From the NCBI RefSeq assembly GCF_009914755.1, contig NC_060935.1: a stretch of 64,000 nucleotides of DNA. The stretch is one strand, 5' to 3'. The DNA is from the human T2T-CHM13v2.0 reference genome, Homo sapiens. How positions within the stretch are numbered: the stretch's first letter is position 1; each line of letters starts with the position of its first letter. This document shows positions 43,561-56,580 of the stretch, piece after piece. Both the position numbers and the translations under genes were made by a program. The notes under the pieces are model-generated. The model saw nothing but the letters and a program-made list of their open reading frames with translations, was not told the DNA's origin and did no database searches.

Positions 43561-45640
43561 GGTTCCACCTTGAGTTGATTTTTGTATAAGGTGAGAGAAG
43601 AAGATCCAGTTCCATTCTTCTAGACGTGGTTTGCCAATTATCCCAGCACCATTTGTTGAATAGGGTGTGCTTTCTCCACTTTATGTTTTTGTTTGCTTTG
43701 TCGAACATCAGCTGACTGTATTTGGCTTTATTTCTGCATTCTCTATTCTGTTCCATTGCTCTATGTGCCTATTTGTACACCAGTACCATGCTGTTTTGGT
43801 GACTATGCCCTTATAGTATAGTTTGAAGTCAAGTAATGTGATGCCGTCAGATGTGTTCTTTTTGTTTAGTCTTGCTTTGGTTATGTGGGTTCTTTTTTGG
43901 TTCCACCTGAAATTTAGAATTTCTTTTACTAGTTCCAGAAGAATGATGGTGGTATTTTGATGGGAATTGCACTGAATTTGTAGATTGCTTTTGGCAGGAT
44001 GGTGATTTTCACAATATTGATTCTACCCATCCTTGAGGATGGGATGTGTTTACATTTGTTTGTATTGTCTATAATTTCAGCAGTGTTTTGCAGTTTCCCT
44101 TGTAGAGGTCTTTCACATCCTTGGTTAGTTATATTTCTAAGTATTTTATTTTATTTCATTTTTGCAGCTATTATGAAAGGGATGGAGTTCTTGATTTGAT
44201 TCTCAGCTTGGTTGCTGTTGGTGTATGGCAGAGCTACTGATTTGGGTACATTAATTTTTTATCCTGAAACTTTGCCGAATTCATTTGTCAGTTCTAGGAG
44301 GTTTTTGGATGAGTCTTTAGGGTTTTTTTGAGTACACAATCATGCCATCAACAACATAAAGATTCTAGAACACTGGAAAAACCCTTCCAGACATTGGTTG
44401 AGGCAAACAAATCATGACCAAGAACCCAAAAGCAAATGCAACAAAAACAAAGATAAATAGACAGGACTAAACTAAACCAAAAAGTTTCTGTACAGCAAAA
44501 GAAATAATCACCAGAGTTAACAGACAACCCACAGAGGCGGAGAAAATCTTCATAATATATTCAGCCAACAAAGAACTAATATCAAGAATCTACAAAGAAC
44601 TCAAACAAGTCAGCAAGAAAAAAATCAAACGATCCCATCAAAAAGTGGGCTAAGAACTTGGATAGACAGTCCTCAAAAGAAGACATACAAATGGTCAATA
44701 AGCATATGGAAAAATGCTCAACATCGCTAATTATCAGGGAAATGTAAATCAAAACCACAACATGATACCATCGCAGTCCTAAAAGAATGGCCTTAATCAA
44801 AAAAATAAAAATAAATAATAGATGTTGGCGGGGATGCAGTGAAAAGGGAACACTTTTATATTGTTGGTGTGAATGTAAATTAATATGGCAACTATGGAAA
44901 ACAGTGTGGAGATTCCTTAAAAAACTAAGAGTAGATCTACTGTTTGATCCAGCAATCCCACTACTAGATATATATCCAGATGAAAATAAGTCATTATACG
45001 AAAAAGATACTTGCACACGCATGTTTATAGCCACACAATTTGCAACTGCAAAAATATGGAACCAGCCCAAATGCCCATCAATCAGTGAGTGGATAAAGGA
45101 AAAAAAATACATATATGTGTATATATATGTATATATACATACACATGTGTATATATATGTATATATACATACACATGTGTATATATATGTATATATACAT
45201 ACACATGTGTATATATATGTATATATGTATATATATGTGTGTGTATATACATATATATACACACACATATATATATAATGGGATACTACTCAGCCATAAA
45301 AAAGAGCAAAGTAATGGCATTTGCAGTAGCCTGGATGGAATTATGGAATTGGAGACTCTTATGCTAAGTGAAGCAACTCAGGAATGGAAAGCCAAATATC
45401 ATATGTTTTCACTCATATGTGGGAGCTAAGCTATGAGGATTCAAAAGCATAAGAATGATACATTGGACTTTGGGGACCCAGGGAGAAGGGTGGGGGGTGA
45501 CAAGGGATGAAAGACTGCACATTGAGTACAGTGTACATTGCTTGGGTGATGGGTGCACCCAAATCTCAGAATCACCACTAAAGAACTTATTCATGTAAAC
45601 AAACACCACCTGTTCCCCCCAAAATCCATTGAAATAAAAC
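43561..45640 (+). mobile_element. L1PB1-like element with 5' inversion (43561-~44353 antisense, ~44354-45640 sense)
   Basis: Antisense ORF2 piece followed by sense ORF2 end and an L1PB-type 3'UTR (gcataagaatgatacattggactttgggg...aatcaccactaaagaact). Confidence 0.88.
45108..45276. repeat. AT-rich minisatellite with ~30-bp unit inside the L1
   Basis: Repeats of acatgtgtatatatatgtatatatacatac. Confidence 0.9.
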
Positions 45641-46342
45641 ATAATAATTTTTTTAAAAGTACTGCTACTGTGTACCCATGGCATTCATCAACTTTATTTT
45701 CATGATAAATAAAACCCTAAAAATCCACTATGTTTAAAAAATCCTTTGTGATTTACTCTAGCACAACATTGAATAACATAAAACACCACTTCTGAACAAG
45801 GCCAACAACACTTTCCAAACAATAGTGTTTTCTACTCAGCTTTTCTCCATTCATCAATGAGTACATAGTCAAAAAAGCAAAAAATAATTTTTGTGTGTGT
45901 TAAAAATGGCCACGGAAATTTACAAAAGCTAAAATCTAACTGCTGACATTGATTTGAAGAAAAGAGAATACAAGAGATTTTTGATTCTTAGGAAATAGAA
46001 GATTTAGATAAAATCAAGATTGGATTGCCAAATGCAGGATTGATCTATCATCTGAACAATATGCCATATGGTGTATACTGAAATAAGAAAAAATTATGTT
46101 CAACAGTTTCAATGAGAGTCCTTGAGGCAATGTAAAACTTCCAAAAAGTGAGAAATAAATTATAAGTGAAAGTTAAAAAGACAGCTAACTTTTAGTGTGA
46201 ACATATGGCACCAGATATGTAACTTTTGGTGGAATTGTACTTCAAAGAAAATTCACAAGCCTTTGAAGCTATTTCTGCATTTGTGATTATGGGAATTCCC
46301 TAAGTTTTCATATACATGCCTTATGAATACCAAGCATGTATG

Positions 46343-46382
<40 letters not shown>

Positions 46383-46393
46383 TTCCCTCTCTC
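46343..46393. repeat. (TC)n microsatellite
   Basis: Read directly from the sequence. Confidence 0.9.
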
Positions 46394-47089
46394 GATACAT
46401 ATGCAAATGTAACGATATTCTAGAAAATTAGGAATGTGGTTCATGAAATAATTTTGTAGACAATTTAATCCTTTGTGAATTATTTAAGGAAGTTGTGTAC
46501 TTAATACTTTGTGGAGTACTCAATAAGGCTTCAGGATGAGTATGTTTTCATCCTTACCAAATTTTTTCATCTTATCAAATTTCATCAAACGTTTTCATCT
46601 TATCAAATTTCTGTTTTTTAACAGGAATTGTACTAGGTCCTAATGTAAAGCATAAATCAATGACTAGCCCTACCCATATAACACTTTCTGGAAAGCACAT
46701 CACATTTGTCATCGTTTGTCTAGCACCTATATTCCCCACTGTTTGTTATTAAGCTGGAGTACTAAAGTCAAGTCTTTCTCTCTTTTCTCTATATATGTAT
46801 TACACAGTGCATTTCACAAATAGTTACTCTCTATCAGTAGCATGAATAAGTCTTCTCTCTGCACCTCTCCTGAGAGAATTTTGCACAATTTCTCAGCCTC
46901 AGAAGATACTCAACAAATACTTTGGGTTTGTAATTAATATACTGTAAATACTTTGGAACTTGAAGTTTATCAAGCACAGAAGTTTTCATTCTTCCTCAAT
47001 TTTTCATTGATGAGCATTTGCTTTCAAGTCAAATTTTAAACATGATGTATAAGTAATTTCATGGATAACATAGACAACTACCTTGCTGC

Positions 47090-47500
47090 ATGGTGTGGTT
47101 GAGTCAGAGTCAGTACGTAAGAATGACCAGCCTGGTGGTTGAGAGACTTCTTGAAGGTGCATGTAGCATGGGTCTAGTTCCTATGAAAGACCTGCTGGAC
47201 AAGAAAGGAACTTTCTGGTAGGTGCAGAAAACCCTTAGCTAGCCTTTAACGGCCGTTAAGAGGACTCCCATTTGCTATTCTGTTGGCAGCCAGGCCTAAA
47301 ACAGCACACTGAAACCAGGAAGAGAAGTCTGTTTCTCTTGCTATGTCTTTGCAGCTCCTCCATTGCCCTCTTGGAAAAGCTAAACATCAAGTCATCATGT
47401 ATAAAAGGAATGTTTACAAGGTCCACATATAATATTACAAGACAAGGCAAAGGACTGTGGATTTGTACTTGAGAGCCAGTATAGTCACAACTGGTACAGG
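47090..47500. mobile_element. Old ERVL LTR (LTR33-like) fragment
   Basis: gaaaccaggaagagaa...cctccattgccctcttggaaaagctaaacatc; weak recall only. Confidence 0.35.
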
Positions 47501-48929
47501 ACATATTTTGACAGACAGAAATCTCACTTCCAGTGTCAGTGAGGAAACCTATGAGCAAAGCAAACATCTTTACCTTCCCAACTAGTCATGTTTGACAGTG
47601 CTTCTATCAATGCTTTTATATTATGTGTGCAATTGTGGTTTTGAATGATTATCTAGTAACCTTGATATTTATGCTCTAAAATCTTTCCCTGTCTGTACTA
47701 ATAAAATATTCTGGTCCTTTGTTGTCAGTAAATGAATTTGGATTCGCTGCAGTGACATGGACCACACTGTGTTTTCCATTAAAAAATGGGAAGGTGGAAG
47801 CTCTTTGTTTTTTTCGTCTGTCTTGGATGACTCTCACCATAGTTCAATAACTCTTTAGGTGATGGATATATGAGATGCTATGTTGTAGAGTCTATTCTTT
47901 AATTTGCAGCCCTCAATTATATCCGAATTTCCAATGCCATCATTCACATGACTTCTTCCCCTCATGCTCCTCTAAATATAAGGCAAAAAGTTATCTTGCA
48001 TTTGTACCTGGAATGCCACACTCTTCTGAATTTTCTGAACTACAGAATGGAGAAAATCAGAATTATCAAGAAAGATTATAAGAGACTCAAGAACAAGTGA
48101 CACATTAAACCTATTCTTATATTCCCCATTGTGCCAAACATAATACTGGTAACTGTGCAGACACCCAGCTAATTCTGGCAATGAGGAATTCTTCCATAAG
48201 CTTATGTTGAGTCAATTAACATTATAATCATTTTTATGAATTATTTACTACATAACAACTTGTACCCTGAAACTCCAACACAGATTGATAAAATTCTGGT
48301 TTTCCATGTCATAAAAAAGATACATTTAATTATCTGATTAATATGTTGTATTGCCTGGAACACCACGTTAAAAAAGGATTCCAAAGCCATTTTTGGCCTT
48401 AGAAGCAAAGAGAATTGGGAGAGGTTAATGATGTCATCAATGGACATAGGGAAAGGATATGCGTTACTTGTGCATCAGTTATTTCACATCAATTCACTTC
48501 AGTTTTATACAAGGCAAAGAATGTTTCTGAACAGACTATCATCTAATTAAAATTATATATTAAATTTTAATATATTTCCAGAATGCACTGTTGGCATCCA
48601 TGTTAAGGCCCTGATTTTTTATATGAATGAAAAAGAACATTGATCTAAATCAACCAAAATTAAAACAAATCAAATGAACATGCAAACTGGCTAGAGTTAC
48701 AGAACATTCTTTATTATACCCCATTTGACATGTGTTCACCACATATTATTTTCAAATCTTGACAATATGGCAGAACAAATACAAACTAAGGTTATATCTC
48801 CCCATAGTGGGCATACAGAGTTAACAATGAAAACACTTAATTTACATGGCAAAGAGCTTGACATTTGAAAATCTTCTGTCTGCATGAATTGATCTTATCA
48901 ATATTTAAGTATTCCACCACCAATGGCTG

Positions 48930-49107
48930 GTAAAGAGTATTGATTGTGGAGTCAAGAAGACAGTTCAAACGTCAGTTTTACTGTTTCTTAATAATATGAT
49001 CTTTAGCACATTAATTAGCTTTTCTCAACTTCAATTTTCTCTTGTGTAAAACATAGATAACGAGAACGTAGCAAATTGGGAAATGGTGAGGATTAAAGGA
49101 ATTAATA
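48930..49107 (+). mobile_element. MIR
   Basis: tggagtcaagaag...cttcaattttctcttgtgtaaaa...gtgaggattaaa. Confidence 0.65.

Positions 49108-49153
<46 letters not shown>
49108..49153. repeat. (TG)n(TA)n microsatellite
   Basis: Read directly from the sequence. Confidence 0.95.
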
Positions 49154-49156
<3 letters not shown>

Positions 49157-49880
49157 CCTTTGTACTAAAAAAAATTAGGTTCCTTGATTATTGCATGCGT
49201 ACTCCCAATGCAATCTACATGAATAACCTGATTGTTCTCTCTCTGCGTTTTAGGCATGCGGTTTTTTTTGTTTGTTGGTTTGTTTTGTTTTGCCAGGAAG
49301 CCTTTGTACTATGTTTGTTGCCTGGTCCAATTCTTTTTGCTCTTGGTACTCAAACATTTCTTCCTCCAGGAAAGACTCCCATCACTCTTGGGCTTATCAA
49401 TGTATTCCCTCTCTGCTATCCCCTAGCATGCTGCACCTACTTCTATTTACTCATTAGTTGCTAATGTGTCTTTTCTAGCACTCGTCAAACCATGTGTAGT
49501 GATGCACATCTTAATGTAATTTGCATCTCATGTCCTCAGTGCCAACTACAGGGACTGCTTTTTTTTTTTTTACACATACTACCTCTAATATTGTTTCCAA
49601 TTGTACTTAAAAATGTATATATATATACACACAGATGAAGTCATTGAATTCTGTTCCAATAAGAGATAAGAGGAGGTGGAATACATGCAACCTGGAATCT
49701 AAGCCCTGGATTATCTTTGCTTCTGCTCCTTTACTGCCATCTTCTGACACGATCTGTGTTTGCTGCTGGGATCATTTGTCACTTCTCTGAAGCTCTTCTC
49801 TTTGTGCGCTATCTAGGCAGCACCAAGGAATTTGAGCCAAGGCTACTAAAGCTGTTGTTGAAGAAGATATGTTTTACTTT

Positions 49881-50021
49881 TTTTTTTTTTTACCTTTTTT
49901 AAAATTATACTTTAAGTTCTAGGGTACATGTGCACAACATGCAGTTTTGTTACATAGCATTAGGAGACATACCTAATGCAAATGACGAGTTAACGGGTGC
50001 AGCACACCAACATGGCACAGG
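49881..50021 (-). mobile_element. Very short L1PA4-6-type insertion with internal inversion
   Basis: Poly-T plus antisense L1 3' end to ~49955, then sense gcattaggaga...catggcaca; TSD tatg(t/c)tttacttt at 49868-49880 and 50022-50034. Confidence 0.88.
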
Positions 50022-51454
50022 TATGCTTTACTTTCATCTGAAATTCAGTGCTTCCTCTGATTCGTTTTCCTGGTGGGAAAGGCTAGGCAATTATCAAAAT
50101 CTGTTCTAGGAATATTGCATCAGAATCAAAGCTATTAAAATAAAAATATAGCACATTGTTCAACGCAAAAATAAAAATATAGCACATTATTCAACGTAGT
50201 TGTTTACTTGCTGATTATTTTTAAGATGTTGTCTTAAGAGTCAAGAGGCACAGATTACAGTCAAATGTGAACGTGAAAAAGTCACTAGGTCTCATTTATA
50301 AAATGATAAGATTGAGAGTGATTGCCTTTGATGTCTTTTAGAGGCATCAACCTTTTTGCTTCTTTTTAGTTTATGGGCAAGTTCATTCTCACTCCCCTAG
50401 TCTAGTGCATATGCCAAAATTTTACCTTATAAAAATACACATTGATGTCAAAACATGTCCATGTGACTAATCTCACACATAATTTTAACTATCATGTGAA
50501 ATATTCAGGGAAGATATTGCCTTTTATATTTTATAGTTGAGAAGACTTGCACATGGATTGAAGGCTAAAAGCAAAATCTGGCTACAAGCCTGTGTTCTTC
50601 CTCCTTTCGACAAAATTATTTTTGTGCACTGTGACTATTTCAAAACTATACAAAGATAAACTTGTCTATAAAATCATAGAACATGAGTATATATAAGAAA
50701 AGATATAAGATGAGTCTACTGCAAAACAAAAGATGGTAAAGCATTTTTAAATTAAAAATGATTTTTGAGAGGAATCTGTATTTAAATTACTTTCAATCTT
50801 ATCTCTCTGTAAAGGAAGAAAACAGTAGTTAGGTTTCCTAAAAGTACAATACCCAGAAAATGTGATATAAGCCATCTGATTCTGAACTATAAATTTCTGA
50901 TATAGAAATTAAATTATTTACAAATATCCAATTTAACCAATTAAAACTGAGGTAATAAATGAACAATAGAACATTGTATATAATATCAGTCATTGTACTT
51001 TCATAGCACAAATGATTCATTGGTTTTCCTTACAGACATTTAAATATTTTAAACAGAGATACCAGAAAAATCTCTATTGGAATGTTTGGTTAAAAAAAAA
51101 AAGAAGGGTGCATAACCTCTACATAAAAATATTTAGTCAGGTTAAGTTGAAACGATTTTTATTCTGTTTTGTTTCAACCCTAGAGTTGCTTTACTGTGTA
51201 GGGTCTAATTAACATAATTTATTTCTGGTTGATTAAAGACAATAAATGGTCTTTAAGTTACTAGTAACTGTATTATGTGTAAGCCCTCCCTATCTAGTGT
51301 GATTGGTTGTAAATATGAGAGCTAGGATGAAGGTATAATTATCACATATCATATATCTAAATTTTTATTAAAAGTAAATCCCTTCTCCCATTATTGTTAA
51401 TTTTATAATTAAAATATAGATATTTTACAAGATACTTCAAGTTTTAGAGATACA

Positions 51455-53700
51455 TACTATTAAAGTTCCTATTGCTGTATAGCAAATCGGCCCAAAATGT
51501 AATGACTAAATCAAACAAAAATAGTGTCATTATTACCTTTTATTTCTCTAGAGGTTGACTGGGCTCAGCCAAGAAGTTCTAATTAAAGGTCTCCCATGTG
51601 GTGGCAGGCAGAGGCGACTGAGCTTAGGGTGTGCTTCAGGTCTTCTTCACTTGCTTGCCTGGTGACTGACCTTGGTTAGCACCTGAGACCTAAAGTTGTG
51701 GCAGCCAGAACACCTACACATGTAGCCTCACCTTCCTCACAGCGTGGTAGCTGAGTTTAAAGAGAACACCTTCCAAGAAATAAAAAAATGTAAGCTGTCA
51801 CATTCTTACGCCCTGGGCCTGTAAACTGTCCTTGTGCCACATATCAATTTCACCATATTCTATTGTTCAATCAGAGAGTTTATCTTCAAGGGAAGCAGAC
51901 ACAGATACTACCTTCCAAAGGAACAAGTGTCAATTAATTTGGTGACTGTTTTGAAACTGTCAGAGTTGTTGTTTCTCTGGTCACAGATTATTCACATATC
52001 AACTCCATGCAAACAACACTCATTTACTTCCAATGACCCCTTTCCCAAAGTAGCATCTCTTTATGAAATTATAGTCAAGGTCAAGTGCTGGATATTGTCT
52101 TCTATTTCAGGTCCACATCCAGATGAACTTTGGGAATATGTTTCCTACAATAGCAATTTTTGAGTGCAGTTTTTTTTTTCAATATAAAGAACTCAGAACT
52201 AAAGAGACAAGTTATTTTTTCCCCCACAATTAACATGCAATGTTTAGGAAGGCATAGAATAACTGACGTTTAATAAAGGGGGAAACAGTTTCGCACGGCA
52301 GTCACAGCAGTCACTCATCCTTAGAAATTTTTTGAAATATTGCTGAGTATAAGTTTTCAATCTCTTGATGAAGAGTCAGTCCTAGTGCCTGAGAATGATT
52401 TTGCAATGTTTTGGGCTCTACCCTCTTGGCTGTTGGCTCTGTCCTCTGATTCACCCTTCCTTTTTAATAAAAAATTACTGGTGTTTGCTGCTAGGTAGTC
52501 TCCTTGTTCAGCTTTCTTCCTGTAGCAGATCAAGGGGGCAAAGGTTTCTTTTCATTTTTATTATTGTCTCTGGACTTTTAGTACAAGCTGGTAGTACATC
52601 TACCAGAAACTAAAAACAGAAAAAAAATTACTTTTAAAATTTTGTAAGATTTCTATGAATTTAATTTGGGCTGCTGAATTAGACAAAAGCCACAACCACT
52701 AATCTTTTTTTTTTCCTTTTTTTTTTTTTTTTTTTTTTTTTAGATTAGTCCTTTCTTACCTTGGGTTATCTTTGAAGCTGATGTGGAACCGTATCCCAAT
52801 GATTATTAGAAGTTTTATTATTTAACAGAGTGAATCCGTGTGGCATGTCCTTAAGACCTTAGAGGATCCTTGACAATCTAAATGGTCCTATGGGTAGTTG
52901 CATAAAATATTTCCGATGTCTTTTAAAAAAATGTAATTGTCTAACCTTGAAGTTAATCTATAACCTTAAGCCGTTGTGCTCTCAGGAGATACTGGGAATG
53001 AGAAAGTTTAATTTTTATACCCAGCAAATCCTGGCTTCATTTTATTTAACAGCTAATTCTTTAGCTTATCTTTGTCTTCTCACATTTTATTACATACGTA
53101 CGAGGATGTGAAGTAGTGCTTTCAGTATTCTGTCTAGAAATCTCTATATCACCAAGTCCATTGGGAACATTTCCTATTTTCCACATTACTTCATAAGACA
53201 GTGTTGCCAAATTTCTGCCATTACATAACAAATATCCCTTATCCTCTAGCTTTATTTTTCCTCCCTTTAAGCTCTCACTAACGACTTCCTCAAGGTCACT
53301 GAGGTTTTCAGTATTATTTTTCCTGATGCTTTTTAGGTTTTTCTACTCTCCTTGAGGCTCTTCCTCCATCAGTCCGCCACCTGGTCCCAAAGCCAATACC
53401 ACGTATTTTAGGTGGTTTTTGTAGTATAAAATTCTAGGTACTGAAATCTAGTTGAGTTATCATTTGCTGAAGAACAAGTCACCCCAAATACTAGTGAAAT
53501 TACAAAAAAAAAAAATTATTTTCTATGGTTTTGGGGGATGACTGGAATAAACTAGGTAGTTTTAGATAAATATCTTTCATGTGGCTGCTTTCAGATGGTG
53601 ATTGGGACTAGGTTTATTTTGAAGACTTACTTGTGTAGAGGTTGATGCTGACCGATGGCTAGAACTTTGTCTGAGGTTGTTCTCTGGAATCTGCATATAT
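51455..53700 (-). mobile_element. MLT1 LTR-internal-LTR remnant (MaLR provirus)
   Basis: Two similar LTRs (~51455-51960 and ~53450-53700) flank MaLR-internal-like sequence ending gtcccaaagcc...ggtac. Confidence 0.65.
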
Positions 53701-55978
53701 ATATATATGAATCCATGGTGTGGGGAAACCCAGACCCTATCCATACATCATATATATGTATAGATTTTTAATGAGTTAAAACTTTAAAATAAACAGTTTT
53801 GTGGAGAATGTAAATAAAAAGGTCATTTGAATGTGAATCACTGTATGCTTATAAAATCTTTCTATAGTCCAATTAAAGTTGAATTAAAATAAAAATTTTA
53901 AATGTGTACCCAAGGATCCAGATGTTGAACTTCTACTCATCTCTCAAGAGATGACTCTTGAGAAGAATACTTCAAGTACACAAAGATGTTGTAAAATTAC
54001 AAGAGAGCACAAATAATATTTTTAGTGATGGTTATCTCAGAGGAGGGCATAAGAAGAGTCAGGGTATAATAGAAAACTCTAGCCATTCGCCATAGTCATC
54101 TTTCCCTTCTTTGGGCACATGGCTCGATTCCTATACTCTACGGCAAATAGGTGCTTAGTTATTTTGAGCATAAAGGATTCATAATACAATACTTCTAAAC
54201 TTGATCCATAGAAATTTCATGAAATTATTCCTGATTCCCAGGCTAGATGAATATCATATTCTTCCTCTGTGCTGACTCAGTGCTAATAGTGCTAATCTCA
54301 CTCTCACTGTATTTAAATTGCTTTTTATACCCTCTATATCTTCCACAAATAACCTGAGAGACAAATTAACTCCTCAACAAGTATTTGCTGGATATAAACA
54401 TTAATGTGACAAATCACATGAAATGATTTGGTTTATTTGTTCTGTGTACTTTAAAGTGCCTTGCAAATTCATGATTTAATCTTTCTCTTAATGACAATAA
54501 ATATATCTTAGGAGAATAAGACATCTTAGAAATTATTTCTATATGTTACAAAAATAGGAAGACAAAAAGAAAAATGGAACACAAGGGAAAGAAGAGATCT
54601 CTCTAAATGGAAATTTTATAATAGTAATGTCACGTCATAAATAAAGATAGTAGAAGGGAAATTTTCTAATTGACAAGGTAGAGTAAAATACTCATGGCTT
54701 GTACATCAGGCAGGATAACTAGTAGTTTATCATCCTCCTGACTTGCTAAGATATAAGGAAATCATAGAACATCACAAATTAACGCTGTTTTCTTCTATTT
54801 TGTAACGAAGATAGAAATGCCTATGTTCTCAGAAGATTGCAGAGAGAAGAGAAAGGCAGGGATATCAAGCAGAATTGGCAAGGTCTCTTTCCAAAGAAAA
54901 GTGAATAATCAATAGCATCTACATCTATAGTGGTAGTAAGAATCTAAAGACCCTAAAAGTCAGCTTCGTGAGAAAGAAAGTTCTTTGCTTGGTGGACAAC
55001 TCAAACCTTCCTTTATGCATTATCTGTGTTCTTTTTGACCTTATTTGGCTACCACAGTTTTCTCTTGAATTGCACCATTGGCAAGGAAACACATTTTTTA
55101 AAATCCTAAAGAATTCACTGGGTTCCAGAGTCCTTCTTGACCCCATTGTCTGGCACAAACCCAAAAGTCTGCTCTGTAAACAGGGTATCAGTGATTCTGG
55201 CCGCTATAATGAGCACCATATCTCCCTCTTGGTTTAGAGACATGAGTAACTCATATGACCATGACTGTCTCCTGATGGACACAGTACTACTTTGGGCACA
55301 TAGGCTTCAAATTCACTGAGCCCAAGATCATGGAAACAAGAATCAAAAATTCCTTAAGTGAATATTAGGTGAAATAGTGATAGGGTCTCCATTCCACTTC
55401 TTGATTCTTGAAAGTGTATTATAGTTATAAGGAAGGTTGCATGATATGTTATCCATATCATATTAGACATCATCCCAATCTCACTGGGTGTTTTCTCTTA
55501 GCTGGTACTCTAGCTGAGCCTTAAGCAGGCCATCACACATGTCTCTCAAGTCAAGTCCTTCAAGACAATAGGGATGAAGTGATATTGTTACTGTGATTTC
55601 AAGTCTTCAATCAACATATTATATATCAGGTAATACATTTAACTTGATCTTGTTTATCCTTTCTACTTACATCCTTAAAATTCATTCACATAACATTTTT
55701 CTTCAGAATCATTCCGATTTAAAATGATTAAATTCCCAATATTTTGGGGAATTTATGGCATTGACTGTTGGTTTAGACCTTATATTTCTGGTCCGGTTTA
55801 TACTGGTATCTAACTCTCATTATGGGCTGAAAGGACATTGTAGGAGTACGTCCTTGCTAGCAAAAAAGTTTATAGGGAGTTGGAAATTCAAAATTCTAAG
55901 CCTTGTAGGTCCTAATCAAATGTCCTCATTTCCTGAATCAGGATCTCATTCCATCCTACTAGTATCATTACTTCAGCA

Positions 55979-56191
55979 CAGGGGTCAACAAATTTCCTCT
56001 GTAAAGGGCCAAATAATAAAAATTATCAGTTTTTCAGGCTTATGTTCTTTATTATAACTGCTCAACTCTGCCATTAGAAAGTAACCATTGGTAATAGGCA
56101 AATTAATATGAATAAAATTATTTTACAAAAACTTCCTTTACAAAAGCTGGTGATGGGACAGATTTAGGCAGTTTGAAGTTTGCCTACTTCT
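55979..56191. mobile_element. MER58A hAT MITE
   Basis: caggggtcaacaaat..ctgtaaagggccaaata...ctcaactctgcc. Confidence 0.8.
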
Positions 56192-56515
56192 ACTTTAGTC
56201 TATCAAGCGTGGCAGGCTGGGCACTTAACTGGTGGTACAGTTAAAAACTTATCTTCAAGTCATGGGATTGATTTTCAGTCATATATACTACTGAAGATAA
56301 ATCACTTTTAAACATTGCTAGAGAGGTCCTCCAATTTTCCTTTTGTGCTTTTGGTTAGGCATTGAATTTTTTTTGTGTGTGTATATACGCTCTAGTTTCG
56401 TCAGAAATTACAGTACTTGCATCAATTGTTTTCAATTATCATCATTAAGCTGAATTATTATGTGTGCTATAGATAGTTCATTCCTCAAAAGCTTGTCCTC
56501 CACTTGAATTGCATT

Positions 56516-56580
56516 CAGGGCTGGCTATACAATTTCTGGGGCACAGTGCACAGTAAAAATGTAAGCCCTGGTTCAAAAAG
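56516..56580. mobile_element. MER45-like hAT fragment
   Basis: cagggctggcta..aattt..ggggcacagtgca..aaaaatg. Confidence 0.4.

Noticed and set aside
45108-45276. CRISPR-like array
   Set aside because: Head-to-tail repeats with no unique spacers, in a eukaryotic context
44582-45429. Several overlapping Y/I/C/V/H-rich ORFs
   Set aside because: Translations of the TA-rich minisatellite plus L1 ORF2-end sequence
54545-54806. Loose inverted match (gttacaaaa..tag / ctattttgtaac) that could be MITE TIRs
   Set aside because: Imperfect, low complexity and without a TSD
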